Of a DNA stretch of 64,000 nucleotides, positions 35,381 to 43,695 are shown piece by piece. Position 1 is the first letter of the stretch. Each line of letters opens with the position of its first letter. The notes under the pieces are model-generated. The model ran no database searches. It had not been told where the DNA came from and saw only the letters and a program-made list of their open reading frames with translations. Position numbers and translations under genes: made by a program. Source of the DNA: Escherichia phage EK010; sequence record NC_070981.1; one strand, written 5' to 3'.

Positions 35381-35734
35381 ATGCCAGTACCTCAACGCCT
35401 AGAACGTCACTGCGTTCTCAAATGGGATAATATTCATGATAACCTCTCTATTCAAGAGTTTCGTCAGTTTATCGAATTGACAGCGAAGATTAACCGAAAC
35501 CAACCAGCTCGAAACTTTGTGGTGGTTAGTGATAAGTATCCAGAGCTGTATGAGCAGGTGTGGGGGATGAAACTAGCACAGGTTCAGAGGAATAGTAATG
35601 AACGGAGAGAAGCTCGTAGACAGCGAGCAGAAGATGTTCCAGCAGTCTTTTATGTGGATGAATTGGCTGATTCATATGAAGCTTTAGATATTGTTGAAGA
35701 CAACCAAGCATTCACAGATTTAATATACCAATAA
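35381..35734 (+). CDS. hypothetical protein (117 aa)
   Basis: Track ORF. Confidence 0.55.
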   Translation: MPVPQRLERHCVLKWDNIHDNLSIQEFRQFIELTAKINRNQPARNFVVVSDKYPELYEQVWGMKLAQVQRNSNERREARRQRAEDVPAVFYVDELADSYEALDIVEDNQAFTDLIYQ

Positions 35735-35747
35735 CTATAAGGAGTGG

Positions 35748-37595
35748 GTGATGGATAACCCTGATAAGTTACCTTTCATAACGGAGATGACAGTCGCTGA
35801 TATAATCTCAAAACAAGCGAAGCATGGAGTCAACTTCAACAGAAGAAACGCTCGGTGGTTTGTTCACCTTCTCAAAGAGATTATTGTCAATATTGATAAA
35901 GAACTGATTCCTCTCCTCCCCAAAATGCGGGTGGATGGTTCAACTTATGCTAAGCCTTTTAAGAAATCAGGTGCTTTACAGAAGTGGCCTCAACTCTATT
36001 GTGATAGGGTTGGTCTTAAAAGAGAAGATATCGGTGGGGCGTTTACTTGCGTTGAGTATGTAGACTTTGACCCATCAAAAGATGCACGTATCAAAGAAGC
36101 CTTGATGGATGAAGGTTTTATACCTCCAGAGTGGAATTATTCTAAGAAACCTTGGAATACTTTTGAAATTCGTAAAGCTATGAAGAAGTATGGTACATAC
36201 TCTGCATGGTATTCTGCTTGGATTCGAGGTAACGCTAAAGAGAAACAGACAGCAGAGATGATAGATGCTGATATCCGAAGGTTTTTGGATAAGCACTTCC
36301 GTTATCACACTGTCAACTATATGAAAGCCTATGTCAGCGGTTTAGGTCTTAACCCTAACAGGAAGAAGCCTGTAACCTTTGATGAAATCAAAAAAGCTTT
36401 GGCTACATCAAACAAGTGGCCTACAGCCCCTACAAACCTTGAGGAGACTCTTGAAGAGGGGCTTGGGGGTGAGCTAGGGGGTGTAGGAAGTTTGCTTAAG
36501 AGACGCGTTGTAGCGGCTCACAGGCTAGGTTTGATTAGCGGGCTTATCGACAAGGAACGTAAAGATGGTAAGTTGTCCGCCGAAGCTAATAGCTGCGCTA
36601 CTCCGACATTTCGTTTTAAACATCGCATTGTTGTTAATATTCCTTCTCGCGGTTTGTTTGGTCACGAGTGCCGCAGTCTTTTTCAATCTGACTATTCCTC
36701 AGACGATAGTCATAACCATCCTTTCATCATTACCAACCATATCCCTGATGGGTGTTACGTACGAAAGGGTACTAACATTATCTACGAAATGGGAAAACCG
36801 GGCAAGAAAGACAAACCAATAGGTGCTTATAAATTTTATGTACCTGCTGGTCGTGAAATCTTCTTAGGTTACGATGGCTCTGGTCTTGAGCTGAGGATGC
36901 TTGCTCATTACCTTATCAAAGAATGTCGTGAGATGCTCGCTGAAGCAGAGCAGGAAAACAACCCAGCTAAGAAACGAGAAGCTGAACGCGGTCTAGCTTC
37001 TGCTGTTATGTACAGAGATATTCTTTTAGAAGGAGATATTCACTCACACAACCAAAAACTTGCTGGCCTTCCTACTCGTGATAATGCTAAAACGTTTATC
37101 TACGCATTCAACTACGGAGCTGGTGACGCTAAGTTAGGAAGCATCGTAGGTGGTGGCTCTGATGAAGGGGCTGTCATGAGGGCAAGATTCTTAGCAGAGA
37201 ATCCTTGTATTGCAATTCTTATTGAACGTATGACAGAGAAAGCACAAAGTGGATACATCTACGGTGTGGATGGACGTCGTATTACAATGAGAAGGGATGC
37301 AACTGGAAAGGTTATGGTTCATAAAGCCTTAAACACCCTCTTACAGAGCGCTGGGGCGATTGTTATGAAGTATGCAATGCTATTCCTTAATAAATGGATT
37401 GAGCGTGATGGTGTTCGTTGTGCGAAGGTTATTGACATGCATGATGAAGGCCAGTTCACTGTACATCGTGACGATGTTAACAAACTTCGTACCCTCACTG
37501 AAGAGTGTGTTCGTAAAGCAGGTGAATACCTCAAAATGGAATGTCCTCTTGCATCTGATTGTAAGATTGGGTTAAACTGGAATCACACTCACTAA
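35748..37595 (+). CDS. family-A DNA polymerase, polymerase domain
   Basis: Motif A DGSGLELRMLAHY, motif B KTFIYAFNYGAG, motif C VIDMHDEGQF. Confidence 0.9.
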   Translation: MMDNPDKLPFITEMTVADIISKQAKHGVNFNRRNARWFVHLLKEIIVNIDKELIPLLPKMRVDGSTYAKPFKKSGALQKWPQLYCDRVGLKREDIGGAFTCVEYVDFDPSKDARIKEALMDEGFIPPEWNYSKKPWNTFEIRKAMKKYGTYSAWYSAWIRGNAKEKQTAEMIDADIRRFLDKHFRYHTVNYMKAYVSGLGLNPNRKKPVTFDEIKKALATSNKWPTAPTNLEETLEEGLGGELGGVGSLLKRRVVAAHRLGLISGLIDKERKDGKLSAEANSCATPTFRFKHRIVVNIPSRGLFGHECRSLFQSDYSSDDSHNHPFIITNHIPDGCYVRKGTNIIYEMGKPGKKDKPIGAYKFYVPAGREIFLGYDGSGLELRMLAHYLIKECREMLAEAEQENNPAKKREAERGLASAVMYRDILLEGDIHSHNQKLAGLPTRDNAKTFIYAFNYGAGDAKLGSIVGGGSDEGAVMRARFLAENPCIAILIERMTEKAQSGYIYGVDGRRITMRRDATGKVMVHKALNTLLQSAGAIVMKYAMLFLNKWIERDGVRCAKVIDMHDEGQFTVHRDDVNKLRTLTEECVRKAGEYLKMECPLASDCKIGLNWNHTH

Positions 37596-37612
37596 TTTGT
37601 AGTGGAGGAATA

Positions 37613-37804
37613 ATGACTAGACACGTACATGAAACATGGGCCATTACGGGAGCAAAAGATGCAATTGTTTGCTGTAATGGACATTTCTGCATCTATAACA
37701 CAGAAAGAAAAGCTATTCAAGAAGCGGCTGAGTTAATGGAAGAGTTTCCTGATAAAGATTTCTCTATTAAGAATCTAACCATCAACCTTCCGTGGAAGAG
37801 CTGA
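37613..37804 (+). CDS. hypothetical protein (63 aa)
   Basis: Track ORF. Confidence 0.5.
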   Translation: MTRHVHETWAITGAKDAIVCCNGHFCIYNTERKAIQEAAELMEEFPDKDFSIKNLTINLPWKS

Positions 37805-37819
37805 ATCATATTACGAAAT

Positions 37820-37847
37820 GAACTAGTCTTATTGATTAGTTCTTTTT
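37820..37847 (+). terminator. intrinsic terminator
   Basis: GAACTA/TAGTTC stem, TTTTT. Confidence 0.5.
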
Positions 37848-37861
37848 AAGGAGACAAGGAA

Positions 37862-37996
37862 ATGGAAGAAGTAAAAAGTTCTGAATGGTGCTTGAAGCAA
37901 CAAAAACTCGCACAGGAAGAAGGACGTTTTGATGATGCCAAAGTGTATGGGGAGCTTTTTCATACATGGGTTGAACGAGAGGAGAAAGATCAATGA
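37862..37996 (+). CDS. possible small protein (44 aa)
   Basis: ATG with AAGGAGACAAGG SD; below track cut-off. Confidence 0.35.
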   Translation: MEEVKSSEWCLKQQKLAQEEGRFDDAKVYGELFHTWVEREEKDQ

Positions 37997-38160
37997 TGGA
38001 TTTGATTCGTAAACCTGCTCCAAAATGGAATGTATATTTCCAAGATGCTACAGGAAAATTTCACAACCAACTGGTTTATTCTGATGAAGAACGCGATGAA
38101 GTCGCTGCTCAGATTAAAGCGGATGGTGGTACAGTTCTCAAAATTTATGAAAGGGAGTAA
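37993..38160 (+). CDS. possible small protein (55 aa)
   Basis: ATGA-coupled to previous ORF; below track cut-off. Confidence 0.35.
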   Translation: MMDLIRKPAPKWNVYFQDATGKFHNQLVYSDEERDEVAAQIKADGGTVLKIYERE

Positions 38161-38162
38161 TA

Positions 38163-38405
38163 ATGACTTTAACATCTAAAGAATTGAAAGAGACTCTAGA
38201 AACAACTGAAGGTAAGCAATTCTTTGTTGCACAGATTCATTCTATGGGCAAAGATTCACTACGTCAGGCTTTGTATGAACTAACTACTGCGGTTCTTCAA
38301 ACAGAAGCTGACGCTGAAGAAGCTCTAATTAAGCTAGAAGCCGCTCAGGCTGAAATTAATGGTTTGAAAGTTCGTATCAGTGAACTGGAAACACAGAATA
38401 AATAA
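38163..38405 (+). CDS. hypothetical coiled-coil protein (80 aa)
   Basis: Track ORF. Confidence 0.5.
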   Translation: MTLTSKELKETLETTEGKQFFVAQIHSMGKDSLRQALYELTTAVLQTEADAEEALIKLEAAQAEINGLKVRISELETQNK

Positions 38406-38428
38406 GCTACCTTCGGGTGGCTTTTCTT
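38404..38428 (+). terminator. intrinsic terminator
   Basis: AAGCTACC-TTCG-GGTGGCTT hairpin, T-tract. Confidence 0.6.
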
Positions 38429-38443
38429 GTCTAAGAGGCTAGT

Positions 38444-38836
38444 ATGAATATTGGTTTAGATTATGATGACACTTTTACAGTGGACAAGGAGATGTGGACC
38501 CACATTGTAGGTCTTATGAAATCTCGTGGACACGATGTTCGTATTGTCACTTATCGTTTTGCTCAGCCCAATGGGTATTCAAATGAAGAGCTTCTAGCAG
38601 ATGCAGCAAGTCTAGATATTCCTGTTATTTTTTGCAACGGTGTTCAGAAGGATTCTGTCACTCAGAGCTTGGGTTTCTTTGTGGATGTTTGGATTGATGA
38701 CTTCCCTGTCGGTATCCCTAAAATGGACCACCTAGATGGTATGCTGAAGGGCGTAAGGCTTAATGACCTTAGAGCAGCACCTCCGGTAGAAATAGCCTCT
38801 CCTGTGTACTCTGAAGAGCCTCTGGTGATACGATGA
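38444..38836 (+). CDS. possible HAD-like phosphatase/nucleotidase
   Basis: N-terminal LDYDDTF resembles HAD motif I (DxDxT); weak. Confidence 0.4.
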   Translation: MNIGLDYDDTFTVDKEMWTHIVGLMKSRGHDVRIVTYRFAQPNGYSNEELLADAASLDIPVIFCNGVQKDSVTQSLGFFVDVWIDDFPVGIPKMDHLDGMLKGVRLNDLRAAPPVEIASPVYSEEPLVIR

Positions 38837-39012
38837 AGAAGTTTCTAATCTGGTCTATTGTAATTGCTCTGTTTCTTTGGGTGATGGATGCTCTTGGAGA
38901 TTATAGCAAAGAAGACTGTGAGACTCGAATCTCTCAAGAGTTTAAATCAGAGACCAAGTGGGTTGATGGTCGCTGTTACATCAAGGATTGGGGAAGGGTC
39001 TTATCAAGATGA
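38833..39012 (+). CDS. possible small membrane protein (59 aa)
   Basis: ATGA-coupled; hydrophobic N-terminus; below track cut-off. Confidence 0.35.
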   Translation: MKKFLIWSIVIALFLWVMDALGDYSKEDCETRISQEFKSETKWVDGRCYIKDWGRVLSR

Positions 39013-39188
39013 AGAGATACAGCATGTGGTTCAATGAGGTAGAAGAGGGTTTTGATGAAGTTGGTGGTTGGGTTAATATCCTAAACACAGACGATATAGA
39101 AGAGGCCGAGAAATGCGCCCTAAACTACAACTCTGGATATTATGAAAGAAATTGGGAGCACGATGAAATACTACAAAGTAGTTTATAA
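39009..39188 (+). CDS. small protein, paralog pair D (KRY..W ... GW ... TDDxEEAE ... NY..YYE)
   Basis: Internal ATG of track ORF 38988-39188. Confidence 0.45.
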   Translation: MKRYSMWFNEVEEGFDEVGGWVNILNTDDIEEAEKCALNYNSGYYERNWEHDEILQSSL

Positions 39189-39348
39189 GTTAAATTTATA
39201 CCTTCGTGGAACAGGCAGTCTTGAAGTGTCAGGGTGTAAAGTTGTAGAAGAAGAAAACCCTATTAAAGCTGTTGAGAAGGTTAAAGAGATTATTAAGCTT
39301 GAAGAAATAGGAAGTTTTGAATTAGTTGATATTGAGGAAGTTAAATGA
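39163..39348 (+). CDS. hypothetical small protein
   Basis: Internal ATG of track ORF 39142-39348. Confidence 0.4.
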   Translation: MKYYKVVYKLNLYLRGTGSLEVSGCKVVEEENPIKAVEKVKEIIKLEEIGSFELVDIEEVK

Positions 39349-39569
39349 TTTGGGTTCATACTTATAAGATTGGAAAGAAAACAGTTGACCGAATTCACTA
39401 TGATGAAGCGGAAGCTCAGGCTTCTCTAGCGGTTCTTGGTGGCAAAGTTAAGAATTACATAGAGGCTGATAAAACAACTAAGGGTGTCCCTGTTCTAGAA
39501 TATCTTGGAACAAATAATCCAGTCACAGCGATGACAGTCATTAACAGCAAACAAAGGGAGATCTTATAA
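39345..39569 (+). CDS. hypothetical protein (74 aa)
   Basis: Track ORF. Confidence 0.5.
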   Translation: MIWVHTYKIGKKTVDRIHYDEAEAQASLAVLGGKVKNYIEADKTTKGVPVLEYLGTNNPVTAMTVINSKQREIL

Positions 39570-39772
39570 TGTCTAAAGAGTATATTGTTAAAGCTGAAGG
39601 TAAAGGTTTGTTTCAATTCGTCACTGATGCGACGGATTATGGTCAATTGATAAACTTCGTAGAACTTGCAAAGCTCAAGGAAGAAATTGATGCTCTGTAT
39701 GCCGATGAGCAATCTCGACTCCTACAAGAGTCTCTCAGTGGAGATTACATCTGCGATGGTTGCACAATCTAA
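39569..39772 (+). CDS. hypothetical protein (67 aa)
   Basis: Track ORF. Confidence 0.5.
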   Translation: MSKEYIVKAEGKGLFQFVTDATDYGQLINFVELAKLKEEIDALYADEQSRLLQESLSGDYICDGCTI

Positions 39773-39923
39773 ACGATACAAAGTCTGGCTAGACGAAGGA
39801 GCTGAATATCCTGATGGTTCTGGCTGGAAAGTTGTTCTAGAAACAGACGACAGGGAGGAGGCTGAAACGAAAGCTGAATCCTTCAACTACTCATATTACG
39901 AGGACACATACGAGAATGGCTGA
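39756..39923 (+). CDS. small protein, paralog pair D
   Basis: Internal ATG of track ORF 39666-39923; paralog of 39009 gene. Confidence 0.45.
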   Translation: MVAQSKRYKVWLDEGAEYPDGSGWKVVLETDDREEAETKAESFNYSYYEDTYENG

Positions 39924-40536
39924 AGTTTATTTTGCAGGTGATGGTCACCTAGGCCATCGTAACATCTGTAACTTTAGGAAGAAGTTTAGTAGTATTGAAG
40001 AACATGATAAAGCTATCTTAGCAGCGTTTGATCATGTTACTAAACGCGATAAAACTTTCTTTACAGGTGACTGGGTGTTTGAGAAATATGCACTTGATAT
40101 TATCGCTGAAGTAAAGGGAGAGAAACATCTTGTCTTAGGGAACCATGACAGATTAGAACTTCTCCCTGATATGATGAAAGTCTTTAGACATATCAGCGGT
40201 GATTATAAGTACAAAGAATTTTGGGTAACTCATATTCCTATCCACTCTGATGAAATGAGAGGAAAGTATAATATCTATGCTCATACTCATAATTCTACTA
40301 TCAGAGATTGGAGATACTTCTGTACTTCTATGGAACAAATTGATTACAGAGCTGTGTCTCTGCAAGAGATTAGAAAAGAACTGGAAAGTAGGAAAGAGTG
40401 GGTAGCTTCTTTATTACAAAAAGATCATCCAATTACCAGCGAAGTACAAGAGATGTTAAGTAAACAAGCTGAATCTAACTTACCTTTTCAGAGAACAGTA
40501 GAACAAACTAGCTTTAAAGGTCTTTTAGAATGGTAG
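39916..40536 (+). CDS. calcineurin-like metallophosphoesterase
   Basis: GDGHLGH, FTGDWVF, LGNHD motifs. Confidence 0.7.
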   Translation: MAEVYFAGDGHLGHRNICNFRKKFSSIEEHDKAILAAFDHVTKRDKTFFTGDWVFEKYALDIIAEVKGEKHLVLGNHDRLELLPDMMKVFRHISGDYKYKEFWVTHIPIHSDEMRGKYNIYAHTHNSTIRDWRYFCTSMEQIDYRAVSLQEIRKELESRKEWVASLLQKDHPITSEVQEMLSKQAESNLPFQRTVEQTSFKGLLEW

Positions 40537-40730
40537 AAGTTATTGTTTTAAGTTAAGTTTTCTTTTGATTTTAATAGAGAATCAAAGTCCTAGGAGTCCT
40601 CAACCTAAATCAAGGATTTCCTTAATTCTCTATTTTTATCTCGCAGGTGTCTCCTGCCCTTCGGTACTTGCAAGGGTTACGATGATTGCCCAATATACAA
40701 GCCTGCAATAGCTTTACTAGCTATACCATA

Positions 40731-40739
40731 TATACATTA
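40731..40739 (-). promoter_or_regulatory. TAATGTATA motif on minus strand
   Basis: Plus-strand TATACATTA; orientation opposite to neighbouring genes. Confidence 0.25.
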
Positions 40740-40801
40740 CTACTTACTGTTATCTACTACCAAAAAGGTTATAGTATAATAGAACCTTATCTGTATAAGT
40801 G

Positions 40802-40810
40802 TAATGTATA
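40802..40810 (+). promoter_or_regulatory. TAATGTATA motif, candidate phage-sigma promoter element
   Basis: Exact 9-mer ~60 nt upstream of ATG 40870. Confidence 0.4.
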
Positions 40811-40869
40811 TAGTATACAAACCGCTCAAAGAGAGCAACAATCTTAAATCTATATAAGGAAATATTAAT

Positions 40870-41610
40870 ATGTCTATGATCCCTGAACTGTCTGTATCCC
40901 GTAAATCCAACTACGATGTAATCCCTGATGGTGAGTACGAAGCACGTATTGTTCGTGTTGTAGGTTTGGGTGTTCACAATCGTGACCCTTGGATTGACCC
41001 TAAAACCAAAGCAGTTACTCCTAAGAACCCAGCTTTCCGTATGGACTTAGCTTTTGAGCTGATTGGCGTAGATGCAACAGGGACTGATAATGAAGGCAAA
41101 CCTCTGGACCCTCGCCCTGCTTGCCAGTTTAAATCTTTCGATGTAAATCCACGAGCTAAGAACTCTGGTATTCTGAATCTGATTAAAATGATCGACCCAA
41201 GTGTTCAAGCACTGAAAGGTGATTTGGGTTGGTTTAAAGATATGCTGTTAGGTCAGCCTGTTAACATTCTGGTTAATTCCTATGTAAACAAAGCTGGTGA
41301 GAAGAAAAACTCTATTAAGAGTATCACTCCAATTCCGACCAAATATCGTGATGCTGTAGGTGCTCCTCGTAGTGAGTTGATCTTCTTCGAACCGTATGCT
41401 GAGACTGATGCTAACTTAGCTGCTTATCAAGCAATCTTCCCATTCCAACGTAACCTCTTGACTCAAGCTAACGATGCTAAGAACATTCCTCTGGCTGGTC
41501 GTGAAGTTACCAAAGCTTCTGACACTGAACAGAAGGACGCAACTCCGAGTATCCCTACTATTAATGAAGAGCCGCAGTCTACCTTTGAAGAGGACGACTC
41601 TCCTTTCTGA
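40870..41610 (+). CDS. possible single-stranded DNA-binding protein
   Basis: Acidic C-terminal tail ending EEDDSPF, reminiscent of SSB C-termini (DDDIPF); no fold evidence. Confidence 0.4.
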   Translation: MSMIPELSVSRKSNYDVIPDGEYEARIVRVVGLGVHNRDPWIDPKTKAVTPKNPAFRMDLAFELIGVDATGTDNEGKPLDPRPACQFKSFDVNPRAKNSGILNLIKMIDPSVQALKGDLGWFKDMLLGQPVNILVNSYVNKAGEKKNSIKSITPIPTKYRDAVGAPRSELIFFEPYAETDANLAAYQAIFPFQRNLLTQANDAKNIPLAGREVTKASDTEQKDATPSIPTINEEPQSTFEEDDSPF

Positions 41611-41633
41611 TGAATCTCTCCTTGTAATAGCTT

Positions 41634-41657
41634 AGCCACCTTCGGGTGGCTTTTTTC
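41634..41657 (+). terminator. intrinsic terminator
   Basis: AGCCACC-TTCG-GGTGGCT hairpin, TTTTT. Confidence 0.75.
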
Positions 41658-41669
41658 GTTGGAGTTAAA

Positions 41670-42011
41670 ATGGAAAAGCTTCAAAACAATATAGGCTTTC
41701 TTATTTTCACAGCTCTTATTTTCTTTGGTGGAATGAAGTTTGAGCAATATCGAAACGATAGCAGTGCTCTTGACCAAGAGAAGAAACAACAAGAGATAGA
41801 GATTGAGAGAGCCAAGGCTGCTGATGAAGTAGCTCAGAAAGTTCTTACCGGTTTAACTAACTGGAAGAAGAACACGGAAACTATTTACAAAGAGATGCAT
41901 TATGAAAAGACTAAGCCAGTTTTTTACAATGTGTGTGCTAGCGATGAGTATGTCTCTTTATTTAACCAAAGACAGGAAGAAGCTAAGAGGGTTTTAAAAT
42001 CGAAGGAATAG
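41670..42011 (+). CDS. membrane protein with N-terminal TM helix
   Basis: ATG inside track ORF 41646-42011. Confidence 0.5.
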   Translation: MEKLQNNIGFLIFTALIFFGGMKFEQYRNDSSALDQEKKQQEIEIERAKAADEVAQKVLTGLTNWKKNTETIYKEMHYEKTKPVFYNVCASDEYVSLFNQRQEEAKRVLKSKE

Positions 42012-42034
42012 AAGAGTTTTTATCCTATGATGAA

Positions 42035-42493
42035 ATGTCAGGAAAACTAACGTGGAGAAGCTCTGAAAAGAAGAGCAATCAATGGAACTCTAGGTTTGCT
42101 GGAAAAGAGGCTGGCTGTTTGATAGATGCTGGATACATTGTTGTGAGGTTTAATGGGAAAGCACATAAAGCTCACAGAGTGGCTTGGTATTTAAAAACAG
42201 GAGAAATCCCTGATACTGATATCGACCACAAAGATCAGATTAAATCTAACAATTCTTGGACCAACCTGAGAAAAGCAACCAATGCGCAGAATCAGATGAA
42301 TACATCTGCTCAGAAGAATTCTATAACAGGTATAAAAGGTGTCGGATATAGAAAGGATGTTAACAAGTGGACTGCTCGAATAGGGTTTGAGGATAAAGTT
42401 ATTTGGCTTGGTTTTCATGATACACTGGAAGGAGCTAAGTGTGCATATAAAGAAAAAGCTATTGAGTTGTACGGGGATTTTGCTAGCTTTTAG
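42035..42493 (+). CDS. HNH homing endonuclease with AP2-like domain
   Basis: IDHKDQIKSNNSWTNLRKATNAQNQMN; paralog of 31230 gene. Confidence 0.75.
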   Translation: MSGKLTWRSSEKKSNQWNSRFAGKEAGCLIDAGYIVVRFNGKAHKAHRVAWYLKTGEIPDTDIDHKDQIKSNNSWTNLRKATNAQNQMNTSAQKNSITGIKGVGYRKDVNKWTARIGFEDKVIWLGFHDTLEGAKCAYKEKAIELYGDFASF

Positions 42494-42707
42494 TTTATCA
42501 GCTTGTTCAACGAGCGACAACAGCAGGCAATCAATGCCCTTACCAACAAACCTAAAAGCTGAATGTAGAGTTGACCTACCTCTTTTAGAGAGTGCTCAAG
42601 GGAAGGCACTAGCCACTACGTTGGAGTGGTATCAGGACCAGTACACAGAATGTGCTGCTAATCACAATGGATTGTTAGAAGCTCTGAAAGAGCGTGGAAT
42701 AGAATAA
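42417..42707 (+). CDS. putative lipoprotein (lipobox LSAC)
   Basis: ATG inside track ORF 42387-42707; overlaps 3' end of HNH gene. Confidence 0.4.
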   Translation: MIHWKELSVHIKKKLLSCTGILLAFSLSACSTSDNSRQSMPLPTNLKAECRVDLPLLESAQGKALATTLEWYQDQYTECAANHNGLLEALKERGIE

Positions 42708-43045
42708 TGGAAGTCCTTAATTTCTACAAAGAGGGGTTGAAGATTCCAGAAGGCGCTATTTACATAGGAAGATATAGTGCCAAGCATGGTCTACCACAAT
42801 CTAAGTATCACAACCCAATAAAGCTCCAAGAGGGTGAGCCAAGAGGTTCTACTCTGGATAAGTATAGGAAATATTTATGGGGTGAGATAAAAGCTGGCAG
42901 AATAACTGTGGAAGAGCTTGCAAATCTGTATGGAACAAACCTTGTGTGTTATTGTAAGCCCAAACCTTGTCATGGGGATATCCTTATGGCTGCTATAAAA
43001 TGGGCAAAAGAAGAAATGGATAATGCTATAACTAAGGAAAGATGA
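42707..43045 (+). CDS. DUF4326-like protein (CYCxPxPCHGD motif)
   Basis: Track ORF; motif [15 protein letters not shown]; assignment from memory. Confidence 0.45.
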   Translation: MEVLNFYKEGLKIPEGAIYIGRYSAKHGLPQSKYHNPIKLQEGEPRGSTLDKYRKYLWGEIKAGRITVEELANLYGTNLVCYCKPKPCHGDILMAAIKWAKEEMDNAITKER

Positions 43046-43695
43046 TGGCGAAGAAGACAACACCTACAAGATATCGAATTCATGGAATCCCTATTAAGTA
43101 TATCTCAAACTATGAAGAGTTTTACAGAGTGAACTGGAAAGTGGTTCACAAGTTCTTCATGTATGATATCAGGGATTATCATGAAGCAGAAGATGTGGCA
43201 CAAGAAGTGCTCTTGAATGCTTGGAGATTTGTCTTCGCTAAGCAGGATGAGAGAGTCCTAGAGGATGAGAAAGACCAAGAGCATATGACTTATCGAGTCA
43301 AGAACATTATCTGGTCGATTCGTTCTAATCGTCAGACAGTTGGAGACCGACGTATCTACTCTATTCCAGAGGCTGATATGTTTAGACCTCCTGAGATGAA
43401 CTCATGGGAAAGTCCTTTAGAAATTGCGATGGATAAGCATGATTCTACTGGAGACCCATTCTTGGAATCTAGAATCTTTTTCTTCTTCCAAGACCTGAGT
43501 GACATTATGGAAAACCGTAAGATGGCAAGCATGTTCTCAATGCTCTTTCTCGGCATCCCACATGATCACATCCAGCAGGAGCTGGGAATTTCACACGGAA
43601 CCTTCTATCGCCGTTATGCAGAGAATCGTGATCTGTATGAAGCGGTAGTAGAGAAGCACTTTGATAAAGAAGATCTTCAAGGGATGATTCAATAA
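43042..43695 (+). CDS. phage-encoded sigma factor (sigma70/ECF-like)
   Basis: Region-2-like [15 protein letters not shown] and C-terminal HTH-like region. Confidence 0.65.
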   Translation: MMAKKTTPTRYRIHGIPIKYISNYEEFYRVNWKVVHKFFMYDIRDYHEAEDVAQEVLLNAWRFVFAKQDERVLEDEKDQEHMTYRVKNIIWSIRSNRQTVGDRRIYSIPEADMFRPPEMNSWESPLEIAMDKHDSTGDPFLESRIFFFFQDLSDIMENRKMASMFSMLFLGIPHDHIQQELGISHGTFYRRYAENRDLYEAVVEKHFDKEDLQGMIQ

